Of a DNA stretch of 64,000 nt, positions 48,456 to 58,758 are shown one piece after another (the first letter of the stretch is position 1; every line of letters begins with the position of its first letter). The position numbers and the translations under genes were made by a program. This DNA is from Candidatus Latescibacterota bacterium (lineage in GTDB: Bacteria > Latescibacterota > UBA2968 > UBA8231), in contig OZ252098.1 of the NCBI GenBank assembly GCA_965248355.1, positions 1,088,001 to 1,152,000 on the forward strand, in the 5' to 3' direction. The notes under the pieces were generated by a model, which was given only the letters and a program-made list of their open reading frames with translations, ran no database searches and was not told the DNA's origin.

Positions 48456-49704
48456 CGGGGATGACGGCGTCCTTGGGCACCACGACAACGCCTTCCCGGA
48501 CGTAGTGCCCGTCGCCATCCGACTCCCGAACCCGCGCGTCGTTGCTGATGATGACGCCGCGGCCGATGCGCGCGTTCTTGTCGATGATGGCGCGGTGGAT
48601 GACGCTGCCGGCGCCGATGCCGATATCGGGCACGCCCCGGGCGCGGTTGCGGGCGTGGTCTGCCGTGGTCTCGTAGAGATCGGCGCCCATGACCACGGAC
48701 TGGAAGACGCGCGCCCCGGCCCCGACCTGGCTGCGCACACCGATGACGGACTGCTCGACCTCGGCTTCCCGGAGGGAGCATCCCTCCCCGACGATCACCC
48801 GGTCCATGCGGCAGTCGACCAGGCGAGAGCCGGCGAGGTACCTCGGGTGGGTGAAGATCGGCGCGTCGGGCTGATGGAACTGGAAGGCCGGCTCGAGGTC
48901 GGTGAGGCGGATGTTGGCCCGGTAGAAGGCGGAGATCGTCCCGATGTCCTCCCAGTACCCGTCGAAGGTATGGGCGAAGACGCTCAGTTTCTCGATCGCC
49001 GCCGGGATCAGGTGCCGGCCGAAGTCGTCCTCCTCGATGCCCAGCAGCAGGCTGGTCAGCACCTGCGGCTCGAACAGGTAGATCCCCATGGAGGCGAGGA
49101 AGCGCGCCTCCGGGTCGGCGCCGGGCGCCTCGGGCAGCTCCAGCTCGTCGAGCTCGGCGTCCGTTCGCGGCTTTTCGCGGAAGGCGATGATGCGGGATTC
49201 CTCGTCCACCTGCAGGATCCCGAGGGACGAGGCCTGCTCGCGCCGCACCGGCTTCACGGCGATGGAGACGTCCGCCGAGCGCCGGCGGTGCTCGTCCACG
49301 AAGGCGTGGTAGTCCATGCGGTAGAGGTGGTCGCCGGAGAGGATCAGGATCTCGTGGCCCTGGCGGGCGTGGATGCGCCGCAGCTGCTTGCGGACGGCGT
49401 CGGCCGTGCCCTGGTACCAGTCCGTGTCGTCCATGGTCTGCTCCGCCGCGAGGATCTCGACGAAGCCTCCGAAGAAGCTGTCGAACCGGTAGGTGGCGCT
49501 CACGTGACGGTTCAGGGAAGCGGAGTTGAACTGGGTGAGGACGAAGATCTTGTCGATGCCGGAGTGGATGCAGTTGCTGATGGGGATATCGATCAGCCGG
49601 TACTTGCCGCCAATGGGCACTGCGGGCTTGGAGCGGTACCGGGTCAGCGGGAACAGGCGGGTCCCCCGTCCCCCGCCCAGGATCACGCCGATGACGTTGC
49701 GCAT
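48439..49704 (-). CDS. glgC: Glucose-1-phosphate adenylyltransferase
   Basis: ILGGGRGTRLFPLT..RSKPAVPIGGKYRLIDIPISNC, WYQGTADAV, ASMGIY, YWEDIGT. Confidence 0.96.
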   Translation of the reverse strand: MRNVIGVILGGGRGTRLFPLTRYRSKPAVPIGGKYRLIDIPISNCIHSGIDKIFVLTQFNSASLNRHVSATYRFDSFFGGFVEILAAEQTMDDTDWYQGTADAVRKQLRRIHARQGHEILILSGDHLYRMDYHAFVDEHRRRSADVSIAVKPVRREQASSLGILQVDEESRIIAFREKPRTDAELDELELPEAPGADPEARFLASMGIYLFEPQVLTSLLLGIEEDDFGRHLIPAAIEKLSVFAHTFDGYWEDIGTISAFYRANIRLTDLEPAFQFHQPDAPIFTHPRYLAGSRLVDCRMDRVIVGEGCSLREAEVEQSVIGVRSQVGAGARVFQSVVMGADLYETTADHARNRARGVPDIGIGAGSVIHRAIIDKNARIGRGVIISNDARVRESDGDGHYVREGVVVVPKDAVIPDGARI

Positions 49705-49922
49705 ACCGCTTGCGGCTCCTACTGCCAGGATCCGGGGGCGGGCGAACCGTCGTCCGCCCGGAGAGGAATCAGGGCGCGCCTGGTGCGATCCCGACCTGCC
49801 GGTGCGGCCCCTGCGAATGAAGGACGCCCTAAGCTGTCCCTCGCCGCAGGTAAGCGCAAGCGTCGAGGAAGCCCGTCGGCACCACGGCCACCGGAAGGAG
49901 CCTTCGGTGCGGCCGCCGGGCC

Positions 49923-51190
49923 CTAGGCGGTCCAGCGCAGCAGCACCTCGGCCACTCCGAAATAGATGATGAGGGACAGGACGTCGTTGAGGGTGGTGAT
50001 CAGGGGGCCGGAGGCCACGGCGGGATCGATGCCCGTGGCCCGGAAGGAGAGGGGGATGACCGCACCGATCACCGCCGACAGCAGGACGGCGGCGAACATG
50101 GCGAGGCCGGCAGGAAGCCACCGCCGATCCGTCCGTCCACAGGTAGGCCACCGTGAAGACGATGGCGCCGAGGAACAGCCCCATGCCCGAGGCGACCCGG
50201 AGCTCTCGCCCAAGGGCCTGTCCGACCCGGCCGCGGTGCAGCGCCCCCGTGGCCAGGGCGCGCACGGTGACCGTCGAGGTCTGGATTCCGGAGTTCCCGC
50301 CCATGGCCATGATGGCGGGCACGAACAGCACCAGCGGGCTGAAGGCCGCCAGCACCCCCGAGAACAGATCGAGGACACCGCCCGTGAGCAGTGTTCCCGC
50401 GAGGCAGAGCATCAGCCACGGGAGGCGCTGGCGGGCGACGCCGAGGGCCGAGGGATCCTCCATCTCCCGCGAGCTGGTGGCCGCCATCTTGAGCTTGTCC
50501 TCGGTGGCTTCGTCGTGGATGACGTCGACGATGTCGTCCACCGTCACCTGGCCGATGAGCTCGTCCCGCTCGTCCACCACGGGCAGGGCCAGCAGATCGT
50601 AGTCGGCGAAAATAGCGGCGATCTCCTCCTGGTCCATGTCCGCCCGGACCGGTGATCGGCTCTCGGTCCGCCAGCAGCATGCGGCGCAGGGAGACCGTCC
50701 CCACCAGGCGGTGATGCTCATCGACGACGAAGACGGTGAGGATCTCCTCTTCCTCCGCCCAGGCGCGCAGGAGATCGACGGCCTGGGAGACGGTGACCTC
50801 CTGCCGGACCGACCGGGCATGTCGGCCAGCACGTCGTCGGCGGCGTCGGGCGGCATCTCCCCCACGAGACCGGCCAGGGCCTGCTCGTCGAGAGCCCCCG
50901 TCTACCGCGCCGCCGTCACCGCGTCGAGCTCGGACATCACCTTCGCCGACAGCCCCTCCGCCAGCAGGCCCATGCAGCGGCGGCCGGATTCCTCCTCCAG
51001 GGCCCTCAGCAGCTTGGCCAGATCGGCCGCGTGCTGGTCATTCAGGACAAGGCGCAGCGTGGTTTCGTCCCCCGCGGCCAGGGCCTCGCGGGTGGCCTCG
51101 AGAAGGACTTCGCGCCGCGCCTGCAACCCCCCTTGTTCGAGGATTTCCCGTCCTTCCTTCGACTCGGCCTTGATTCTCTCCGTCCACCTC
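49923..51190 (-). pseudogene. mgtE: Magnesium transporter MgtE, disrupted
   Basis: MgtE N-domain (HAADLA, MPPDAADD), CBS domains (LPVVDE..LIGQVTVDD) and TM motifs (MGGNSGIQT, DPAVASGPLITTLND) split over several frames, with an in-frame TAG at 50902-50904. Confidence 0.88.
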
Positions 51191-51330
51191 CCGGAATCGG
51201 TTGCGCAGCCCGCTGAATATACGGTTCGAGGATCGCCGGCCATTGCCGCTGCGCATCCCCGCTTCTACACTCCGGAGGCGGAGAGCTGACGATGGGGGCT
51301 GGTGAACTCCATGGAAGGGCAGGGCAGGAC

Positions 51331-52074
51331 ATGACGGCGGCAAGACTGGCGGGACACACGGCGCTCGTCACCGGCGGGGCCCGCGGGATCGGACGGGCGA
51401 TCTGCGAGCGCTTCGCCGCCGAGGGGGCCCGGGTGGCCCTGGCCGACATCGACGAAGAAGGAGCGCGGCGCACCGCCCTCGAGATCGGCGCCGGCTCGGT
51501 GGCCCTGGCCATGGACGTGGCCGACCCGGAGTCCTGCCAACGCGGGGTGCGGCAGGCCATCGAAGCCCTCGGGGCTCTCGACGTGCTCGTCAACAACGCC
51601 GGATACGTTCACTACACGACCGCCTTCGACTGCACCGAGGCCGACTGGGACCGTATGGTGGACATCAACCTGAAGGGACCCTTCTTCTGCGCCCAGGCGG
51701 TGCTGCCGCACATGCGCGACCGGCGGCGGGGCGTCATCCTCAACCTCTCCTCGCTGGCCGCCAAGACCGGAGGCGTGGCCGCGGCGCCCCCCTACGGAGC
51801 CGCCAAGGCCGGGGTCAGCGCCCTCACCGTGCACCTGGCGGCGGTGATGGCCCCGTACGGCGTTCGCGTCAACGCCCTGGCTCCCGGCGTCATCGACACC
51901 GAGTTGACCCGCGGCCTGTCCGGCGACCACGCCGAGCTGGCCCGGCGAATCCCCCTCGGGGCCAAGGGCCGCGCCGAGGACGTGGCCAACTTGGCCCTGT
52001 TCCTGGCCTCCGACGAGGCCCGCCACATCACCGGAGAGATCGTCGACATCAACGGCGGTCTGTGGATGGACTGA
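51331..52074 (+). CDS. SDR family oxidoreductase (FabG-like)
   Basis: TGGARGIG, LVNNAG, YGAAK, VNALAPGVIDT. Confidence 0.9.
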   Translation: MTAARLAGHTALVTGGARGIGRAICERFAAEGARVALADIDEEGARRTALEIGAGSVALAMDVADPESCQRGVRQAIEALGALDVLVNNAGYVHYTTAFDCTEADWDRMVDINLKGPFFCAQAVLPHMRDRRRGVILNLSSLAAKTGGVAAAPPYGAAKAGVSALTVHLAAVMAPYGVRVNALAPGVIDTELTRGLSGDHAELARRIPLGAKGRAEDVANLALFLASDEARHITGEIVDINGGLWMD

Positions 52075-52080
52075 CGGGAG

Positions 52081-53022
52081 ATGAAGGGAATCGTGCTGGC
52101 CGGCGGTCACGGCACCCGCCTCGTGCCGCTGACGCAGGTGGTGTGCAAGCAGCTTCTTCCGGTCTACGACAAGCCCATGATCTGCTACCCCCTGTCGATC
52201 CTCATGCTGGGGGGGATCCGCCAGATCTGCATCATCTCCACACCCCGCGACCTGCCGATCATCCGCGGGTTCCTCGGCGACGGCCGCTCACTGGGCGTGG
52301 AGTTCACCTACGTGGAGCAGCCTCGGCCCGAGGGCATCGCCCAGGCCTTCCTGCTGGCCGAGGACTTCATCGGCGGCGACCCGGTGACCCTGGTCCTCGG
52401 CGACAACGTGTTCTACGGGGACTTCTTCTACGGCGACGAGGGATTCCGGCGCGCCGTGCGCGACTTCGCGGGAGGAGGGCTGATCTTCGGCTACTACGTC
52501 GGGAATCCCCAGGACTTCGGCGTCATCGAGTTCGACGCCGCCGGCGAGGTCGTGGGCATCGAGGAGAAACCGCAACAACCCAGATCGAACTACGCCGTGC
52601 CGGGTCTGTACGTGTACGACGCCGGCGTGGTCGATGTCGTGCGCGGCCTCGAGCCGTCGGGCCGGGGAGAGCTGGAGATCACCGACGTGAACCGGAACTA
52701 CCTGCAGCGCGGCAGCCTGCGCGTCGAGCGCCTGGGGCGCGGAATCGCCTGGCTCGACACCGGAACCCCGGGGAGCCTGCAGGAGGCCAGCAGCTTCGTC
52801 GAGGCCATCGAGAAGCGCCAGGGGCTGAAGATCGCCTGCCTGGAGGAGATCGCCTTCGACCAGGGCTTCGTGGACCGCGCCGGGTTCCAGGCCCTCATCT
52901 CGGGCTTCCCGCAGGCCCCCTCCGAGTGCGATTACCGGGAGTACCTCGAGATGGTTCTGGCCCAGAAGGAGCCGGCCGTCCAGGCCGGCTGGGCGCGAAC
53001 GAAGGCCGCAGGCCCCCGCTAG
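52081..53022 (+). CDS. rmlA: Glucose-1-phosphate thymidylyltransferase
   Basis: MKGIVLAGGHGTRL, KQLLPVYDKPM, LGDN, EEKP, RGELEITD, WLDTGT, IACLEEIA. Confidence 0.93.
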   Translation: MKGIVLAGGHGTRLVPLTQVVCKQLLPVYDKPMICYPLSILMLGGIRQICIISTPRDLPIIRGFLGDGRSLGVEFTYVEQPRPEGIAQAFLLAEDFIGGDPVTLVLGDNVFYGDFFYGDEGFRRAVRDFAGGGLIFGYYVGNPQDFGVIEFDAAGEVVGIEEKPQQPRSNYAVPGLYVYDAGVVDVVRGLEPSGRGELEITDVNRNYLQRGSLRVERLGRGIAWLDTGTPGSLQEASSFVEAIEKRQGLKIACLEEIAFDQGFVDRAGFQALISGFPQAPSECDYREYLEMVLAQKEPAVQAGWARTKAAGPR

Positions 53023-54152
53023 TGTCGCGTCCGACAAATGAGTTGTAAAAACAGAGTCAAGGCCTTATCTTCAGGCCATGGCCCGCCCGGTGTCCCGCCT
53101 TGAGTTGACCGCGTCCGAGCGACAGGAGTTGGAGCGTCGCGTCAGGGCCCCCTCCGCGTCCCAGCGCGACAGCCTGCGCGCGGCCATCGTCCTGCGCCGG
53201 GCCGAAGGGATCAAGCAGGTGCAGGTGGCCGCCGAGTTGGGCGCCAGTGTGGCGTGTGTGAACAAGTGGTCGCAACGCTTTGATCGCGAGGGTTTGGCGG
53301 GACTGAACGACGCCAAGGGCCGGGGCCGGCCGGCGAGCTTGCCGGCGGACAAGGTCGAGCAGGTCCTCACCGCGGTCACGCAGCCGCCGAAGCCGCGCAC
53401 GCGCTGGAGCGTGCGCTCGATGGGGAAGGCCAACGACATCAAGCCCCATTTGACCAAGACCTTCAAGGTCTCCACGGACCCGCACTTCGAGGAAAAATTC
53501 TGGGACGTGATCGGGCTCTACCTGGATCCCCCCGAGCGCGCGCTGGTGCTGTGCTGTGACGAGAAGAGCCAGTGCCAGGCGCTGGAACGGACCCAGCCGG
53601 GCTTGCCGCTGGGGATCGGCGACATCCGCACCCGGACCCACGATTACAAGCGCCACGGTACGATCACCTTGTTCGCCGCGCTCAACTACCTCGACGGCAA
53701 GCTCATCGCGCGTCTGGAGGCGCGTCATACCCACGTCGAATGGCTCCGCTTTCTCAAGCAGATCGACCGCGAGACGCCCAAGAACCTGTCGCTGCACCTG
53801 ATCGTGGACAACGCCGGCCCCCACAAGGAGGAGAGCGTGCAGCATTGGTTGTCTCGGCATCGGCGCTTCCATGTCCATTTCACCCCCACCAGTTCCTCCT
53901 GGATGAACTTGGTCGAACGGTTCTTCGGCGAGCTGACGCAGGATGTGATTCGGGACGGCAGCTTTGCCAGCGTCGGGGAGTTGGTGCGCGACATCGAAGC
54001 CTACTTGGCGCAGCGGAACTTGGCCCCCAAACCCTACCGCTGGAAGGCCGACGGCGAGACCATCCTGCGCAAGATCCAGCGCGCTCGGGAGACGGTGGCG
54101 GCGACATCGGACAGCCCTTGTTGATTCTTCTTAATTCTCGGACGGGACACTA
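53020..54152 (+). mobile_element. IS630-family insertion sequence
   Basis: Terminal inverted repeats TAGTGTCGCGTCCGACAAAT (left) and TAGTGTCCCGTCCGAGAATT (right, reverse complement); TA duplication within CTAG at 53019-53022 and 54150-54153. Confidence 0.93.
53078..54124 (+). CDS. IS630 transposase
   Basis: GRGRP, VLCCDEKSQCQAL, DYKRHGT, LIVDN, HFTPTSSSWMNLVE (DDE intact). Confidence 0.95.
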   Translation: MARPVSRLELTASERQELERRVRAPSASQRDSLRAAIVLRRAEGIKQVQVAAELGASVACVNKWSQRFDREGLAGLNDAKGRGRPASLPADKVEQVLTAVTQPPKPRTRWSVRSMGKANDIKPHLTKTFKVSTDPHFEEKFWDVIGLYLDPPERALVLCCDEKSQCQALERTQPGLPLGIGDIRTRTHDYKRHGTITLFAALNYLDGKLIARLEARHTHVEWLRFLKQIDRETPKNLSLHLIVDNAGPHKEESVQHWLSRHRRFHVHFTPTSSSWMNLVERFFGELTQDVIRDGSFASVGELVRDIEAYLAQRNLAPKPYRWKADGETILRKIQRARETVAATSDSPC

Positions 54153-54154
54153 GC

Positions 54155-54990
54155 TCAGGCCCGGGACCCGGCGAGCTCGCCCAGCAGGCGCCCGTACTCC
54201 GACTCCCCGCCTTCCTCCCACGCCGTCAGCAGGGCGGAGCCGACGATGCCGATCTCCACCCGGCCGTGCAGGGCCCGCAGGTCCTCCCCGCCCCGGAGCC
54301 CGAAGCCGAGAGCCAGCGGCAGCCGGGTGGCGCCGCGGCAGGCGTCCAGGAACCGGTAGAGCTCGTCCTGAAGCTGGGTGCGCTGTCCGGTGACCCCCTT
54401 GCGGGCCAGGGCGTAGACAAAGCCCCGGGCCCTCCGGCCGAGCTCGGAAAGGCGGCTGGAGGTGTTCGTCGGAGTCATCAGCAGGATCGGGTCGAGCCCG
54501 TGGTGAGCCCCGAGGTCGAACAAGTCGCCGTATTCCTCGTATGGGAGGTCCGGCAGGATGAAGCCCGAACCGCCCGCTGCCTGCAGGCGCTGGCAGAATT
54601 CGGCGTGGCCGGCGCGGAAGACGGTGTTGTAGTACCCCATGAACAGGCGGGGGAAGGCGGCCACCTGGTCCGCTTCGCGGAAGAAGTCGAAATAGGCTTC
54701 GAGGGGGAGGCCCCGCGAAAGGGCCTCCTGGTTGGCGCGCACGAAGGTGGGCCCGTCCGCCACCGGCTCGCTGAAGGGCATCTGCAGTTCCACCAGATCC
54801 ACGTCGTGCTCGGCCATTCGCCGCAGCATGGCGAGGTTGGCCTCCAGGGACGGATAGCCGACGATGAGGTGGGTCATCAGCAGGATCCGGCGGTCCCCCG
54901 CCGCCAGACGCGCGCGCACGTGGGCTTCCAGGCCGGCCGGAGCCCCCCTCCGCGGGTCCGCCGGGCCGAGCCCAGGCTCTGCAGCAGGCT

Positions 54991-54994
<4 letters not shown>
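54155..54994 (-). CDS. trpA: Tryptophan synthase alpha chain
   Basis: VELQMPFSEPVADGP, MGYYN, PDLPYEE, GVTG, GFG, VGSA. Confidence 0.92.
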
Positions 54995-56280
<1,286 letters not shown>

Positions 56281-56290
56281 GGCGGCGGCC

Positions 56291-57649
56291 TCAATCGATG
56301 AGCTGGGCCCGCTTCAACGCCTCGAGCATGGTGGCGTTGCCGGGGGATTCCTCCTTCGTATGCTCCTGCCGCTCGGCGAACTCCCGCAGGTTTGCCTCCC
56401 CTTCCATCTGCTCCGCCCGTTTCATGGACAGGCGGAACCGCTGGCGCCGGTCGTCGATCTCGAGGATCGCCACCCTCACCTCCTGGCCGGACGAGAGGAC
56501 ATCGCGAGGATGGTTGACCCGCCGTTTCGACATCTCGGAGACGTGGATCAGGCCCTTCACGTTGGGCGCCAGCTCGACGAAGGCTCCGAAATCCTCGAGG
56601 GACTCGACCTTGCCGGTGACCACCGAGCCGGCCCGGAACCGCGCCCGGGCCTCGGTCCAGGGACTCTCCTCCAGCGCCTTCAGGCTCAGGGAGATCCGCT
56701 CCTTGCGGCGGTTGCCCAGGTCCTTGACCGCGATCACCTTGACCTTCACCTCCTGCCCCGGCTGCAGGACGTCCTGCGGATGGGCGACGCGCTCGTGCCG
56801 AAGCTCGGAGACGTGGATCAACCCTTCGACGCGGGCGCCGAGATCGACGAAAGCTCCGAAGTTCTCCAGCCGGGTCACCGAACCGGAGAGTTCCGCCCCT
56901 TCGGTGACGCGCTCGCGGACGGCGTCGGCATCCTTTGCCTGCTCCGTTTCCAGAAGGGCTCGGCGGGACAGGACGATGCTTCGGCCCCGGTCCCGGAAAC
57001 GGATGATCTTGAAGTCCATGGAGCGATGGCGGAACGACTCCAGGTCCCCGGTGAAGTCCGTGTCGATCTGGGAGACGGGACAGAAGGCTCGCAAGCCCTC
57101 CACGGAGATTCCGAGCCCCCACTTGTTGACGGCCATCACCGTGCCCTCCACGGGCCGGCCCGACTTGAAAGCCTTGTAGAGCATGTTGGACTGGCGCGCC
57201 TCACCGCTGGGATACCGGGACAGGACCACATCGCCGGAGTCACCGACGATGAACGCTTCGATCGGATCCCCGGGCTGGAAGGCGGTTCCGCCGTCCTCCC
57301 CCTTGAGCTCGTCGACGGGGATCACTCCCTCGCTGCGGCCCCCGAAGTCGACGAAGGCCTCCTCGTCCCCGATGCGAACGACGACGCCGCTGATCCGGTC
57401 GCCCGCCTTCACCTCCTGGGCCCCGCCCCCATCGTCCTGGCCTTCCACCAGGGTCGCCATGTCGGCCCCGGGGGGGGCGGTACCGGCAGGAGAGCCGGAC
57501 TCGGCCGGTGCGGAGTCCTCCGGCGGCGACCCCGGCGTGGCCGAGGAAGGAGCCTCACCGGAGGGAGCCGGGAGGGCTCCCTCCGCCTTGTCCGGATCCG
57601 GAGCGCGGGGCTCGCCGCTCAGGTCACTGCTCGGGGGGCTGCCCGACAT
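56291..57649 (-). CDS. S1 RNA-binding domain protein (RpsA-like, four S1 repeats)
   Basis: AFVDFG..SEG, AFCPVSQID, FGAFVDL..VEGLIHVSEL, FGAFVEL..VKGLIHVSEM. Confidence 0.88.
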   Translation of the reverse strand: MSGSPPSSDLSGEPRAPDPDKAEGALPAPSGEAPSSATPGSPPEDSAPAESGSPAGTAPPGADMATLVEGQDDGGGAQEVKAGDRISGVVVRIGDEEAFVDFGGRSEGVIPVDELKGEDGGTAFQPGDPIEAFIVGDSGDVVLSRYPSGEARQSNMLYKAFKSGRPVEGTVMAVNKWGLGISVEGLRAFCPVSQIDTDFTGDLESFRHRSMDFKIIRFRDRGRSIVLSRRALLETEQAKDADAVRERVTEGAELSGSVTRLENFGAFVDLGARVEGLIHVSELRHERVAHPQDVLQPGQEVKVKVIAVKDLGNRRKERISLSLKALEESPWTEARARFRAGSVVTGKVESLEDFGAFVELAPNVKGLIHVSEMSKRRVNHPRDVLSSGQEVRVAILEIDDRRQRFRLSMKRAEQMEGEANLREFAERQEHTKEESPGNATMLEALKRAQLID

Positions 57650-57684
57650 GTCGTCCTATCTCCTGGTTCGGTGACCGCGCGCCG

Positions 57685-58653
57685 TCAGGGGAGCAGCAGG
57701 ACCTTGCCCGTCGTCTTGCGCCCCTCCAGGGCCCGATGGGCCTCGGAGGCGGAGGCCAACTCGTAGCGGGCTCCGACACGGACGTCGAGCCGGCCCTGCG
57801 CGGACCAACCCAGCACCTCTCCGGCGCGCTCGAGCAGCTCCTGCCGCGTCAGGGTGTAGTGGACCATGGTCGGCCGCGTCAGGAAGAGCGACCCCTTCCG
57901 GCTGAGAACCTGGGGATCGATGGGGGGCACCGGACCGCTCGACTGTCCGAAGAGTACCATGGTGCCCCGGGGCTTGAGAGAGTCCAGTCCCTTGTCGAAG
58001 GTCGTCCGCCCCACCGAGTCGTAGACCACCTCCACGCCGGCGCCTCCGGTCAGGCGGTGCACCTCCTCCCCGAAGTCGGCCTCGGTGTAGCGGATGACCT
58101 CGTCGGCCCCGGCTGCGCGGGCCAGCTCCTCCTTCTCCGGCGTGGAGACGGTGGCCAGCACGCGGGCCCCTCTCATCTTGGCCATCTGCACCAGCAACAG
58201 CCCCACGCCGCCGGCCGCGGCATGGACCAGGGCCGTGTCCCCCGCCCGCAGGACGTACGAGCCGGTGGCCAGGTAGTGGGCGGTCATCCCCTGCAGGAGA
58301 AGGGCCGCCGCATCGTCGGCTCCCATGCCGTCGGGCAGGGCCACGACGCGGTCGGCGGGCACCGCCGCCAGCTCGGCGTAGGCGCCCAGGACGCCGGCGT
58401 AGCCGACCCGGTCTCCAACGGCTACCTCTTCCACCTCTTCCCCCACGGCGACCACGGATCCGGCTCCCTCCATGCCCGGCACGCAGGGGAGATCCACCGG
58501 GTAGTGGCCGGCGCGGTGATAGGTGTCGATGTAGTTGAGGCCGATCGCCTCGAGGCGAACCACGACCTCGCCGGGGCCGGCGGCGGGTTCCGGCGCCTGC
58601 TCGAAGGAGAGCACCTCGGGGCCGCCGTGCTCGTGAAAACGGATCGCCTTCAT
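57685..58653 (-). CDS. qor: NADPH:quinone oxidoreductase (MDR family)
   Basis: GGPEVL, GLNYID, QGMTAHYL, HAAAGGVG, YDSVG, FGQSSG, TTGKVLL. Confidence 0.92.
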   Translation of the reverse strand: MKAIRFHEHGGPEVLSFEQAPEPAAGPGEVVVRLEAIGLNYIDTYHRAGHYPVDLPCVPGMEGAGSVVAVGEEVEEVAVGDRVGYAGVLGAYAELAAVPADRVVALPDGMGADDAAALLLQGMTAHYLATGSYVLRAGDTALVHAAAGGVGLLLVQMAKMRGARVLATVSTPEKEELARAAGADEVIRYTEADFGEEVHRLTGGAGVEVVYDSVGRTTFDKGLDSLKPRGTMVLFGQSSGPVPPIDPQVLSRKGSLFLTRPTMVHYTLTRQELLERAGEVLGWSAQGRLDVRVGARYELASASEAHRALEGRKTTGKVLLLP

Positions 58654-58758
58654 GGGCTGGGAAGGACCTGGGACATCGTTTCGTGGGAGGAAGTAGCCGC
58701 AGAGAAGAGTGTAAAGTTACGGGTGCCGGTCCGATTTGGGCAAGGATGACAGGTCCCG

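Noticed and set aside
48439..50865. 808-aa ORF that looks like an MgtE-GlgC fusion
   Set aside because: A frameshift in the mgtE pseudogene runs into the glgC frame through low-complexity intergenic sequence; glgC has its own start at 49704
50902..50904. In-frame TAG in mgtE as pyrrolysine or programmed readthrough
   Set aside because: The gene has several other frameshifts and deletions, and no pyl genes are in the window
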